Notes under the pieces: model-generated | What the model was told of the DNA's origin: nothing | Seen by the model: the letters and a program-made list of their open reading frames with translations, nothing else | The model's database searches: none | Translations under genes and position numbers: made by a program | Shown here: one piece after another, positions 18,981-28,734 of the stretch | Layout: each line of letters starts with the position of its first letter | Position numbering within the stretch: the first letter of the stretch is position 1 | IMG/VR virus record: IMGVR_UViG_3300046837_000247 | Coordinates: 1 to 53,651 of that record | DNA length: 53,651 bases | Direction: 5' to 3' (one strand) | Origin: a virus | Taxonomy: Duplodnaviria; Caudoviricetes

Positions 18981-20330
18981 ATGGCAGCGAACATGGCGAT
19001 ACCTGTACCGACCATCCCTCCACAGCCGCCGCAGCTCAGCCTGCTCAACAGTGCCGTCAGGCCCGACGATGCGACGGACCCGACGATCGGCACGGACCTG
19101 GAGCTTGTCTCCGGGGACCAGCAGGCTCTGCTGCGGGAACAGGTGCCGGACCTCTACGCGGAGCTACAGCGGCGGCAGGGCGAGGCGTGGGTAAGGGGCA
19201 TTACGTATGCACCCGAGTCCCACGCCGCCGCCGCTGTGCGCGACCCGTGCGACCTGACGTCGGTGGACCTGCCGGCGCTGCCGGCGCCGACCATCGAAAA
19301 AGCGGTGATCAAAGCAGGCGGCGCCCTAGCCGAAGAAGAATTCGAATACGTTGTAACCGCGATCAACGCCAACGGCGAGACTACGGCATCGGCCGTAGTA
19401 GCAGCCACGCCGGCCGGTGCCTCCAAATCCGTCACGCTGACGGTTTACAAGATCGGCTCGGCGGGCGTCAAATACCGCTTCTACCGCTGCAAAGCCGGCG
19501 TGAAAAAACCGCTGCGGATCAAAACGAAAGCGGTCACGGCCGTGAACCCGTACACGCCCGCGGGCGAAGGCACGACGTTCACGTGGACGGACATTGGCGA
19601 AGCAGAAGAAGCCGGCAAAGAAGCGCCCGCGGAAAACAAATCGGCGGGGCCGGGCGGCTACACCAACCTGGGTCTCATCACGGCGGTGCCCTACCTGATC
19701 CGCGTGACCGACCAGTGCTCGACGTTCGCCTTCGAGGCGCGCGACTTCAAGGGCCGCGCGCTGCGGCTGCTGGAGAACGCGCAGCACCAGGCGATCGAGA
19801 AGGAGTTCTGGACGGGCGCGCAGGCGATCAAATCGACATGGCCCAACCACTATCTGGCCCAGGAAACGGGCCTGACCGAGCTGGAAGCCGGGAAAAAAGT
19901 GAGCCCTACGCGCGGGCTGCAGCTGCTACAGGATGCCCTCGACACCGGCTTCGGCGGCCAGGGCATGATCCACGTGCAGAAGCAGACGGCCACCAACCTC
20001 ACAAAGGTGCGCCGGGTGGGCAGCATGATGCTCGACATGTTCGACAACATCGTGGTGCCAGGCGCGGGCTACCCCGGCACAGGCCCCGACAAAGGCGAAG
20101 GCGGCGGCGGCAAAGCACCGGGCGCCGGCTGCGCCTACATGTTCGCCTCAACGCTCGTGATGGTGCGGGCCGAGAAAGAGGGCACGGTGTTCCCCGACAC
20201 CTTTGCCGAGGCCGTCGACTGGGGGCAGGGTGGGTTCCCCAACACGATCCGCTTCTACGCCGAGAAGTTCGCCGTGGCGTACCTGGACAACAGCGCGCGC
20301 TACTGCGTGGAAGTGAAACTCGAAGAATGA
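18981..20330 (+). CDS. Second capsid protein (pentamer type) with inserted FN3-like domain
   Basis: WVRGITY.PE, CS...RA..LL, AIEKEFWTG, GMIH, VVPGAGYPG; insert YVVTAINANGETT. Confidence 0.75.
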   Translation: MAANMAIPVPTIPPQPPQLSLLNSAVRPDDATDPTIGTDLELVSGDQQALLREQVPDLYAELQRRQGEAWVRGITYAPESHAAAAVRDPCDLTSVDLPALPAPTIEKAVIKAGGALAEEEFEYVVTAINANGETTASAVVAATPAGASKSVTLTVYKIGSAGVKYRFYRCKAGVKKPLRIKTKAVTAVNPYTPAGEGTTFTWTDIGEAEEAGKEAPAENKSAGPGGYTNLGLITAVPYLIRVTDQCSTFAFEARDFKGRALRLLENAQHQAIEKEFWTGAQAIKSTWPNHYLAQETGLTELEAGKKVSPTRGLQLLQDALDTGFGGQGMIHVQKQTATNLTKVRRVGSMMLDMFDNIVVPGAGYPGTGPDKGEGGGGKAPGAGCAYMFASTLVMVRAEKEGTVFPDTFAEAVDWGQGGFPNTIRFYAEKFAVAYLDNSARYCVEVKLEE

Positions 20331-20355
20331 GCAACCGAGACAAGGAGCCTGACCG

Positions 20356-21606
20356 ATGACCGTAGTCACACCAGGCGCGAGCGTCTTCGTCAAGGCATTC
20401 CGCGTCAGCCAGTTGACCGAAGAAGGCACCATCGCCCCCGGCGCCGTGACCGTCACGACCAAAGACGGCATGAAACTGAACATCGCGCCCTCGATGCACA
20501 CGGGCGCCGACATCGCCATCGAGAACGCTGCCGGTGACCTGGCCACGCTGGCCAAGCACGGCGACATGATCAAGTTCTACACCGTGCAGCTGGAGCTGGC
20601 GAAGCCCGACCCGCAGATTGAGCAGATGTGCTGCGGTGGCACGCTGCTGGGATCGAGCGCGGCGGCGCTGGGCGAACCGGGCGCCCCCGCCGTGGTTTCG
20701 CAGAAAACGGAAGGCACGATCCTCGAAGGTTTCGTCGGCTACCGCACGGCGCAATACAACGTCTACGGCGAGAGCAAAGCCACCGTTGAAGTGCTGGGCG
20801 CGAAAACGAACGCCTCCAACACCAACACGGCCATCGTGACGCCCACGGGCGCAGCGGCTACGGCCATCGGCTACCGCATCTACGGCCGCAGTCCCGCCGC
20901 CGGCCAGTTCCTCGGCAACGTGCCGAACATCGCCAAACCGAAACTGAAAAAAGCGGTGGCGATCAAAGGGCTGAAAAAAGGCACGCCGCTGGTGATCGAA
21001 GTGGAAACGGTGACGGTAGGGATCCCCGGCGGCACCTACCTCGTGACCGAGGCGGCAGCAGAAGGCAAGGCCGTCGTCAAGGTGGTGGGCTACGTGCCCA
21101 TCGGCGCATCCTCGGCCACCGTCGAAATCGTGAACGAAACGGAAAACGCCGCTGAATTCAAAATCGGCGAATTCAAAGCGGTGTTCTGGGACACGGGCAG
21201 CATCGTGCCCAACGGCAACGTCTCGGAAACGGACACCACGGGCGGCGCGGGCGAAAACCTGGGCGTGAGCGCCCCGTTGCTTGGCCCCGTAGGCCAGCCC
21301 AACGGCGTGAGCATCGAGGCGTGGAGCTACAACTACGTGGAAGGCGCCGTGAGCCAGACGCTGCCCTACTGGTGGTGGGTGCTGCCGAGGGTGCGGCACA
21401 TGCACATCGCCGCACGCGACCTCAACAACGCCAACACGGCCACGCTCATGGAAGGCATCGGCGTGGGCAACACGGGCTGGGGCACGGGGCCAAGCGGCGA
21501 ATGGCCGGCCAGCACCTTCTCTGCCGCGAGGGCCTGGCAGCGGCTACGGTGCGGCGCCGAGGTCGTGCCGGAACCGTCCTACTCGCCGCAGTACGCGACG
21601 GTCTAG
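20356..21606 (+). CDS. Major tail (tube) protein with inserted FN3-like domain
   Basis: ENAAGD...LELAKPDP; GVSIEAWS...PYWWWVLP...NTGWGTGP. Confidence 0.8.
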   Translation: MTVVTPGASVFVKAFRVSQLTEEGTIAPGAVTVTTKDGMKLNIAPSMHTGADIAIENAAGDLATLAKHGDMIKFYTVQLELAKPDPQIEQMCCGGTLLGSSAAALGEPGAPAVVSQKTEGTILEGFVGYRTAQYNVYGESKATVEVLGAKTNASNTNTAIVTPTGAAATAIGYRIYGRSPAAGQFLGNVPNIAKPKLKKAVAIKGLKKGTPLVIEVETVTVGIPGGTYLVTEAAAEGKAVVKVVGYVPIGASSATVEIVNETENAAEFKIGEFKAVFWDTGSIVPNGNVSETDTTGGAGENLGVSAPLLGPVGQPNGVSIEAWSYNYVEGAVSQTLPYWWWVLPRVRHMHIAARDLNNANTATLMEGIGVGNTGWGTGPSGEWPASTFSAARAWQRLRCGAEVVPEPSYSPQYATV

Positions 21607-21617
21607 ACGTAGCCGTG

Positions 21618-22109
21618 CTAGCTAGCTTGCTTGCGGGCGTCGCGCCTCCGGGCGTAGCGCCCGCGCTCAAGTTCAGCACGGCGAGCCTTGCGTCGCTGCA
21701 ATTCCTCGGGCGTTGCTGGGGTCGCGTTTTCGCGGCGTGTCTGCTCGCGCGCGAGGGCACGCGCACGCTGTGGACCCGAGGACAGGTTGCGCGCCAGGTT
21801 GGCGGCGCGTTCCTTTGGGGTTTGCGGAGCCGGTCGTGGGCCGTAGATGCGCTCGCTGTTTTCAAGCGTCTTGATCTTGTGGCAGTTCGCGCACAGCAGT
21901 TGATACTCGCTTGGGTTGGCTGCAATCAGGTCGTAATAGCGTCGGGTGCCGTGTTTGATGCCAGCACGGCGCTCGGCGTGGCCGCCGCCGTTGACATGGT
22001 CAATCTCAAGCACTCGCGGGTCACCATTTCCGCAGCGCACGCAACACCCGCCCATTTCGCGGAACGCGTCAGCTCTACGGTTTATGTTCATCTGGCGTCG
22101 GTCGCTCAC
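21618..22109 (-). CDS. HNH endonuclease
   Basis: CVRCG...LEIDHVNGGG...QLLCANCHKIK. Confidence 0.85.
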   Translation of the reverse strand: MSDRRQMNINRRADAFREMGGCCVRCGNGDPRVLEIDHVNGGGHAERRAGIKHGTRRYYDLIAANPSEYQLLCANCHKIKTLENSERIYGPRPAPQTPKERAANLARNLSSGPQRARALAREQTRRENATPATPEELQRRKARRAELERGRYARRRDARKQAS

Positions 22110-22149
22110 GTGTCCCACCCTAACACCACGGCGGGGAGGGAGTAACCCC

Positions 22150-23031
22150 GTGGCACGTACAGGGCCATGCACACCTTGGACATCGGGCCAGGACGTGGAA
22201 GAACTGCAGTGGGTCAAGGAAGCCGCCGACGCGCTCACGAAAAAGCAGGCGCTAACCGACGGCCAGCTGGAGGCCATCTGCGCCTCCTCTGCCATGGAGG
22301 CCAGCGAGGCGCTCTACGAGCAGAGCGGGCGCCTGTTCACGGGCGAGTGCGGGCCGGCCACGATCCGGCCCGTAAGCCGCCCCACGGACATAGACATGCG
22401 CTCCCTGGGCGCCACGCTATCACCCGTCGGCTGGTACTCGAGCAGCGGCTTTAGCTCGGCCTACGGCAGCTTCGTCCCCGGCGTGCTAACGCACTACGGC
22501 CGCAGCGACCCGCCGGAAATCCAGATCCCGTGGCCGGTGCGCGCGATCGTGCAGGTGCAGATCGACGGCATCGTGATCCCAGACGAAGAGTACGAGTTGC
22601 GCGACGCCAAGACGCTGGTGCGGATACGGCCCACGGCCAGCTACGTGCCCACCGCCCGCTACGGCTGGCCCACGAGCCAGCGCATGGACCTGCCCGACAC
22701 GCAGCCGGGCACGTTCAGCATCACGTTCCTGTTCGGGCAGGACCCGCCGGCCTTGGGCACGGCCGCGGCGCTCACGCTGGCGCAGTACATAGCCCTGCCA
22801 AAGCTGGGCGATCGCAAGCACATGCCCCAGCGCGTCACCTCAATGCAGAGACAGGGCATCAGCGCCCAGGTGGTGGACGTGATCGACCTGCTGCGCAAAG
22901 GCGCCGGCACGGGCATCTACGAGGTCGACCTGTTCCTGAAGAGCGTCAACCCCGGCATGGCCGACAGGCAGGGCATGGTGTGGTCGCCGGACATGGGCAG
23001 GCCGCGGCGCCAGGCGCAGGCGGCGCCCTAA
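22150..23031 (+). CDS. Head-to-tail adaptor
   Basis: ASEALYEQSGRLF.G.C...RP; VTSMQRQGIS; TGIYEVDLFL..VNP; WSPD. Confidence 0.8.
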   Translation: MARTGPCTPWTSGQDVEELQWVKEAADALTKKQALTDGQLEAICASSAMEASEALYEQSGRLFTGECGPATIRPVSRPTDIDMRSLGATLSPVGWYSSSGFSSAYGSFVPGVLTHYGRSDPPEIQIPWPVRAIVQVQIDGIVIPDEEYELRDAKTLVRIRPTASYVPTARYGWPTSQRMDLPDTQPGTFSITFLFGQDPPALGTAAALTLAQYIALPKLGDRKHMPQRVTSMQRQGISAQVVDVIDLLRKGAGTGIYEVDLFLKSVNPGMADRQGMVWSPDMGRPRRQAQAAP

Positions 23032-23084
23032 CCGTGAGCGGCCACAGAACCGCCACGACAGCCCCGTTGGGGCGGTGAGCCGGC

Positions 23085-23561
23085 GTGACGGTAGGGGAGG
23101 TGGCCACCAAGGCGCTGGCGGCGTTTGCGGACGCGCTCGAGGAGCAGGGCGTGACGTTGCCGGATCGCCGCTATATGGCGCCAGGCTCGATCATCCCGTG
23201 GGACGGCGAACAGCTCGTCGTGACGCTGCAGAGCGTGGGTCAGGGCAAACCCGGCGCCCCACAGGCGCAACGTTACCTGCCGGGCTCTGAGAACTTCTAC
23301 GCGCAGTTCGCCGTGGCGATCGTGCGCGTCGTGCCGGCGCTAAGCGACGGCCCCGAAGGCATCCCAGACGAAGGTGAACTCAACGACGCCGGGGTGGTGG
23401 CCATGACCGACGCGCTGGCGCTGGTGCGCGCGGCCGTGACGGTACACGCGGCCTCGGTCGCCACGGGCCTGGGCATGGACTTCGTCGTAGGGCCGTGCAC
23501 GACGGTCGGGCCAGAGGGCGGGCTGGCGGGGCACCGGCTGCTGTTCGAGGTGTCGCTATAG
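23085..23561 (+). CDS. Tail terminator / neck protein
   Basis: PGS.IPWDGEQLVV...VGPEGGLAG; position after the adaptor. Confidence 0.7.
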   Translation: MTVGEVATKALAAFADALEEQGVTLPDRRYMAPGSIIPWDGEQLVVTLQSVGQGKPGAPQAQRYLPGSENFYAQFAVAIVRVVPALSDGPEGIPDEGELNDAGVVAMTDALALVRAAVTVHAASVATGLGMDFVVGPCTTVGPEGGLAGHRLLFEVSL

Positions 23562-23983
23562 CCATCAGGCTCGTCACCGACGGCGCGAAGCTCCAGGCGC
23601 TGCTGAAGGGACCGGGCGGCCCCGTGTTCCGGCACCTATCAGAGCGCGCCACGGTCGTGCAGATGGCCGCGCGGGCCAAAGCGCCCCGGCGCACCGGCTG
23701 CCTGCAGGAGAGCATCGTCAAGCGCGTGGAGTTCGGCGTGCCCTCGGGCTTCATCATCAGGATCGTCTGCGACACCACGCCGTGCAGCCCTACGCGGACG
23801 AGCTACAGCCTGTTCGTTCACGAGGGCACGCAGCCGCACGCGATCTACGGCAACCCGACGCTCAGTTTTTGGTGGGACGCAGGCCCCAACGGGCCGGGCC
23901 AATACTTCTTCAGCAGCGTGCAGCACCCCGGCACGCGCCCGCAGCCGTTTCTGCGGGACGCGCTACCGCTGGCCGCGGGCTAG
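23558..23983 (+). CDS. HK97 gp10-like neck protein, probable ATA start
   Basis: APRRTGCLQESI, VHEGTQPHAI, VQHPGTRPQPFLRDAL; GAGGTG 5 nt before an in-frame ATA. Confidence 0.75.
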   Translation: MAIRLVTDGAKLQALLKGPGGPVFRHLSERATVVQMAARAKAPRRTGCLQESIVKRVEFGVPSGFIIRIVCDTTPCSPTRTSYSLFVHEGTQPHAIYGNPTLSFWWDAGPNGPGQYFFSSVQHPGTRPQPFLRDALPLAAG

Positions 23984-24024
23984 CGCCAGCCCTGTGCGCC
24001 GAGGGAACTATAGCACACCAATAG

Positions 24025-24285
24025 CTAGGATGCAAGCGACCAGTGCTCGGGATTGACGCATTCCCGGTCACCGCAAGCGTTCACGAGCTTGCGGCCTTTG
24101 GGCACCGGCCCGACCAGTGCTTCATAGGAGAACCTGTGGGCCATGCGGCTGCCCTCGCCCCGGTGCGGGAAGTAGGCGTAGCCGCTCTGCGTGCGTCCCG
24201 CCCACTCCCAGCAGCGGCCGAGGCCGCAGCGATCGTTGCCGGCGTAGCGCACCCGGCCCAAGAAGCGCTCCATGGTCGTGGGCAT
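24025..24285 (-). CDS. HNH_3-type endonuclease, probably degenerate
   Basis: CWEWAG...GY...AHRFSY...C.NPEH; the His expected before the first Cys is missing (LVNAC). Confidence 0.7.
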   Translation of the reverse strand: MPTTMERFLGRVRYAGNDRCGLGRCWEWAGRTQSGYAYFPHRGEGSRMAHRFSYEALVGPVPKGRKLVNACGDRECVNPEHWSLAS

Positions 24286-24370
24286 GGCCAAATGTTGCCA
24301 CACCTGCCTAGCCAGCGGGGAGCCACCCGCGCATACTGCCCTCACAACCCAACGCAGGAGGCGAGGCACC

Positions 24371-24808
24371 ATGGACATCAACATCGCACCGGGCGAGACG
24401 CTAGAGGAGGCACAGGCCGCCGAGCCGATCCCGTTCAAGGTGGTGGGGCACCAGCGCGACGACAAGGGCAAGGTCAAGGTCGTGGAGTACGGCTACGAGT
24501 GCAACTCGACCTACCCGTTCGGCGCGTTCACAGACTTTCTGGAGGCGGTGGGGTCGGGCCGCGGCGGCGCACAGCTGCTCGAGTTCGTCCTGGACTGCCT
24601 GGCCAACGACGAGGAACGCGAGCGCTTCCGGGCGATGCTGGACGCCACGCGGCACGGGCTGAGCCTCAACCCCGACCTGCTGGACCTGCTCTCCAACAGC
24701 CTGATCGCCGCCTACACAAACCGCCCTACGAGACGGCCTTCCGCCTCGGCTGGTGGGCCATCGCGCGGCGCGCGGAGATCAGCGGCCGGGGCCAACGGGA
24801 GGGCATAG
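24371..24808 (+). CDS. Tail assembly chaperone (G)
   Basis: AGGAGG SD; ends YTNRPTRRPS; upstream of the tape measure gene. Confidence 0.75.
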   Translation: MDINIAPGETLEEAQAAEPIPFKVVGHQRDDKGKVKVVEYGYECNSTYPFGAFTDFLEAVGSGRGGAQLLEFVLDCLANDEERERFRAMLDATRHGLSLNPDLLDLLSNSLIAAYTNRPTRRPSASAGGPSRGARRSAAGANGRA

Positions 24809-25068
24809 CCGACCTGCGCCGTAGGCCGGCCAGCCTAGCCCTCGATGTGGTCTACACCTACATGCTCGATGAAGTGCCCGTCGAAGCCCGGCAGGCATAC
24901 CGCGAGTCGCTGGAACACGAGCTGCCAGCGCCGCTCACACCAGCGGAGCGCGAGGAGTACGAGGAGCAGGAGTGGGGGCTGCGGCCGGCGCAGGTGCGCG
25001 AGGCAGAACGGTCGGAGGAGATGCTGGCGCAGTGGGAGCGGCTGCCCCAGGCGGCAGAGGGGGTGTAG
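24724..25068 (+). CDS. Tail assembly chaperone T segment reached by -1 frameshift
   Basis: Open -1 frame PYETAFRLGWW...EEQEWG with no convincing start of its own; candidate slip site CGC CCT AC at 24722-29. Confidence 0.6.
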   Translation, partial: PYETAFRLGWWAIARRAEISGRGQREGIADLRRRPASLALDVVYTYMLDEVPVEARQAYRESLEHELPAPLTPAEREEYEEQEWGLRPAQVREAERSEEMLAQWERLPQAAEGV

Positions 25069-25071
25069 CCC

Positions 25072-28000
25072 GTGACCGACGTCGTAGGCGCAGCAGAGAT
25101 CATCATCACGCCGGTCACGGCTGGCTTCGAGGAGGCGCTGCACGCACAGACGGCCACGCCGCTGGGCAACTTCGGCAAGCGGGCGGAGAAGGCCGGCGAG
25201 GAGGGCGGGCAGAAGCTGAGCAAGGGCTTCAGCTCGGGCACCAGCGGCATAGGCCGCACGCTCAACAACCTGGGCGTGCCGTTCGCCAACTTCGGCGGGC
25301 ACCTTACGACCACGGCCGACAAGATGGCCAAGGTCGATCAGAGCGGTTCGCACCTGGGCGCCACCATGGCCACGCTGGGAGGTCACGTCCTGCTGGGCGT
25401 GGGCGTGGCCATGGCCGGGGTAGCGGCGGCGGGCGTCGACCTGGCGGTGAAGCAGGAAAAGGTCACGGCGGCCATAGCCAACAGCGAGGGCATCAGCGTC
25501 AAGGCCGCCAACAGCATCAGCAACGCCTTCCTGGCCACCGCCGGCACCACCATCTTCAGCGGCAAAGCTATCGGTGAAGCCTACGCCAAAGTCGCCGGCG
25601 AGCTAGGCGCTGTGGTGGGGCACGCCCTGAGTGCCGGCGAAGCCACCAAGGTCATGGCGGCATCCATGGACCTAGCCGAGGCGTCGGGCATCGAGCTAGG
25701 CGCCGCCACCGACTCGCTGGGCAAGATCATGCTGGCGTACCACCTGAACGCCGGGCAGGCGGCAGGCGCCTCAGACGTGCTGTTCAACGCCTCCAAACAG
25801 ACCGGCACGTCGGTGGAGCAGTTGGCCAGCCAGTTGCAGCGTATGCGGGGCCGCCTGGGCGACCTGGCGCCCTCGCTGGCCGAATCGGGCGGGCTCATGG
25901 AGCTACTGGCCAAGCACGGCATCACCGGGCGTATGTCGCTCATGGCCCTGAACGGGGCCTTCAACACCCTGCTATCGGGCGGCACCAAGACGCAGGAAAT
26001 GATGAAACAGCTCGGCATTCACGTGTTTGACTCGAGCGGTAAGTTCGTCGGCCTGACCAGCGTCATCGCGCAACTGCAGCCGAAGCTAGTCGGCCTGAAC
26101 CAGCAGAGCCAACTGCAGGCCACGCGCGCGCTGTTCGGCGCCAGCGCCAATAAGCAACTCCTCGACATCATCCTGCAAGGCCCGCACGCCTACCAGGCCA
26201 GCACGGCAGCGGTGCAGAGGCACGGCGCCGCGGCCGACGCAGCCAAGAAGCAGTCGGAAACCCTTGGCGGGCAGATGAAAATACTGCGCGCCACGGTAGA
26301 AGATCTGGCAACCAAGATCGGGCAGGCGCTAATCCCGATCATCACCAAACTGGCCAAAGGCCTCAGCGAAGGCATCGACTGGCTGAAAAAGCACGAAGCC
26401 GCCGCCAAGGTCCTAGCCGGCGTCATAGCCACGGTGCTGGGCGCGGCCATCGGCTCGTTTGTGGCCGTCAAGGTGGCAGCGTTCATCGGTGGCACGAAAA
26501 ACATGATCGCGGCGATGGTGTCTATGGGCAAGAAAATGCTCGAGACGGCCGGGATCATGGGCACAGCCGACGCAGCCATTGCCGCCGACGCTGAGGCCAC
26601 AGCGGTGTCCGTCGATGCCTCGCTGATGGGCACCGGCATAGGTGTGGCCGTGGTGGCGCTGGGCATAGCCGCCTACGAGCTTTCCCAGCATTGGGAAGCG
26701 GCTATGAAAGGCATGGAAGAAGCCACCGTTGCAGCCGCCAATTTCATCATCGGGATCCTGAACAGCCTGATCGACGTCTTCAACGAAACCATCGGCGAAA
26801 TCACTGGCGACATCGGCAAAATCCAGGAAATGAGCGTCGAAGCCAGTGGCTTCACTCACAAGCAGGAAGAAGAAAACGAAGCCGAAGGCACACCCCGCGA
26901 AGTCGGTGGCAGCAAGTCGGCCACGCAGGGCGGCATCATGGCGTTCTTCGAATCCAAGGGCCTGACCCGTGCGCAGGCCGCCGGCATCGTCGGGAACATC
27001 GAACAGGAGTCGTCCACCAACCCCAACGCGCCCGGCGGAGGGCTGTTCCAGGGCATCGGCTCGCGCTCGGGGTTGGGGTCGGGCAGTGTCAAACAGCAGA
27101 TCGAAGCAGCGTGGAAGGAACTGTCGTCCAACCCCGAATACGGGCTAGCGCAACTCAAGAAAGCCAAGTCGCCCGAGGAAGCGGCGCGCATCTTCTCGCA
27201 GCACTTCGAGAAACCGGGCCAGCCGGAAGTGCAGAACCGCGAAAAATACGCCCGCGAAGCCCTCAAGCAGCACCCCGCCGAAGCCAAGCACACGTCCGCG
27301 ATGGAACACCACAGCAAGGCCCTAGAAGGCGCCGGCCACCTACAGGAAGCCGCCGCCAAGACGCAGCACAAAGCGGCGACGGTGCACCACTCCGCGGCCA
27401 AGAAGGTCAGCGAGTCGCCCAAGGAAATCGTCAAGTGGGCCGAACAGATGGTCGGGCACTTCAAGGAGTCCACCGGCTCCAACCGCGGTCCGGAGCTGGA
27501 CAAGCTGCAGGGTGAATTCCACACGCGCGCCGCTGCGTGGTGCGCAGAGTTCGCTACCACGGCAGCCATGATGGGCGGCGCCAACAAAGCCGTGCGCACC
27601 GCCAGCGTGAAAACGATCCGCGAATGGGCCGAGGCGGGCTCGCACGGCTATGAAAAAGGCGTCAAGAAGACGCCCAAGGCCGGCGACCTGATGATGTTCG
27701 GTGACTCGCACGTGGGCTTCGTCCAGTCCGTGCACGGCAGCACCGTGCAGACGATCGAGGGCAACGTGGGCGGCAGCGGCGGCGTGGCGCACGAGACACG
27801 CAAAGTAGGCGAAGGCGACTTCGCCCGGCCGGCGTACAAGAAGCTCGAAACGGGCGCCGTCGAACTGCAGCGGGTGAGCAAGCAGTTCGAAACGGCGCAG
27901 AAGGAGTGGGTAGCCAAAGTCTCGGCCGACACCAAACAGGGCCAGGACCAGCTCAACAAGATCACGGGCGCGATCCAGTCGGGCGGCGTAAAGGAACTCA

Positions 28001-28734
28001 CGGCCGTGGTGGGCGGCAAGCACGACACGTGGCTGAACAAACTCGTGGCCAAGCTGCACTCGGACCACACCGCCGGCCTAGACAAGATGGTCACCAAACT
28101 GGTCGACGCCCACAAGAAAGCACTGGAAGCGCTCAAGGTGGCGCTGGTCAAGGCCGCCGAAAAAGCCACGGCGGAAAAACTCTCCTACGAAGACAAGATC
28201 CACACCGACCAGGCCGAGCGCCAGGCCACGCTGATCGCCAACCAGGCCAAGACGACGCTCGACAGGGCCGCCATGGTGGGCAAGCAGGGCGCAGACCTCT
28301 TCGCCGCGCAGGCGCAGGTCGCGCTAGACGAATGGAAGGAACGCGATGACGTGGCGATCAGCCTGGCCAAACAGGCGGTGGACGAAACGGAAGGCCACGG
28401 CGAACGGGCAGAGGCCGAAGCCAAGCAGCGCCTCGTCAATACAGAGAACACGGCCAAAGTGAACGAGACCAGCCAGCAGGCGGCCGTCGAGATGGCCAAC
28501 AACGCGGCGCAGGAAGCCAAGAGCGCCGAAGAGCGGGACAAGACGGAAAAAGAACGGCTCAAGGTGGAAGAAGAACGGCTGGCGCAGGAAAAGAAGACCA
28601 CGGCCGAAGGCGCCACGCAGGCGCCGGTCAACTTCACCATCACGATCCCAGACGGGACCAAAATGAGTGCTGGCGAACTGCTGCAGGAGATCAGCTGGCA
28701 CATCCACACGGGCACGCTGCCGGTGGCCAAATGA
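25072..28734 (+). CDS. Tape measure protein with phage tail lysozyme-like and CHAP domains
   Basis: Long Ala/Gly-rich helical protein; AAGIVGNIEQES...GLFQ...FEKPG; AWCAEF...PKAGD...HVGFV...TIEGN. Confidence 0.92.
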   Translation: MTDVVGAAEIIITPVTAGFEEALHAQTATPLGNFGKRAEKAGEEGGQKLSKGFSSGTSGIGRTLNNLGVPFANFGGHLTTTADKMAKVDQSGSHLGATMATLGGHVLLGVGVAMAGVAAAGVDLAVKQEKVTAAIANSEGISVKAANSISNAFLATAGTTIFSGKAIGEAYAKVAGELGAVVGHALSAGEATKVMAASMDLAEASGIELGAATDSLGKIMLAYHLNAGQAAGASDVLFNASKQTGTSVEQLASQLQRMRGRLGDLAPSLAESGGLMELLAKHGITGRMSLMALNGAFNTLLSGGTKTQEMMKQLGIHVFDSSGKFVGLTSVIAQLQPKLVGLNQQSQLQATRALFGASANKQLLDIILQGPHAYQASTAAVQRHGAAADAAKKQSETLGGQMKILRATVEDLATKIGQALIPIITKLAKGLSEGIDWLKKHEAAAKVLAGVIATVLGAAIGSFVAVKVAAFIGGTKNMIAAMVSMGKKMLETAGIMGTADAAIAADAEATAVSVDASLMGTGIGVAVVALGIAAYELSQHWEAAMKGMEEATVAAANFIIGILNSLIDVFNETIGEITGDIGKIQEMSVEASGFTHKQEEENEAEGTPREVGGSKSATQGGIMAFFESKGLTRAQAAGIVGNIEQESSTNPNAPGGGLFQGIGSRSGLGSGSVKQQIEAAWKELSSNPEYGLAQLKKAKSPEEAARIFSQHFEKPGQPEVQNREKYAREALKQHPAEAKHTSAMEHHSKALEGAGHLQEAAAKTQHKAATVHHSAAKKVSESPKEIVKWAEQMVGHFKESTGSNRGPELDKLQGEFHTRAAAWCAEFATTAAMMGGANKAVRTASVKTIREWAEAGSHGYEKGVKKTPKAGDLMMFGDSHVGFVQSVHGSTVQTIEGNVGGSGGVAHETRKVGEGDFARPAYKKLETGAVELQRVSKQFETAQKEWVAKVSADTKQGQDQLNKITGAIQSGGVKELTAVVGGKHDTWLNKLVAKLHSDHTAGLDKMVTKLVDAHKKALEALKVALVKAAEKATAEKLSYEDKIHTDQAERQATLIANQAKTTLDRAAMVGKQGADLFAAQAQVALDEWKERDDVAISLAKQAVDETEGHGERAEAEAKQRLVNTENTAKVNETSQQAAVEMANNAAQEAKSAEERDKTEKERLKVEEERLAQEKKTTAEGATQAPVNFTITIPDGTKMSAGELLQEISWHIHTGTLPVAK

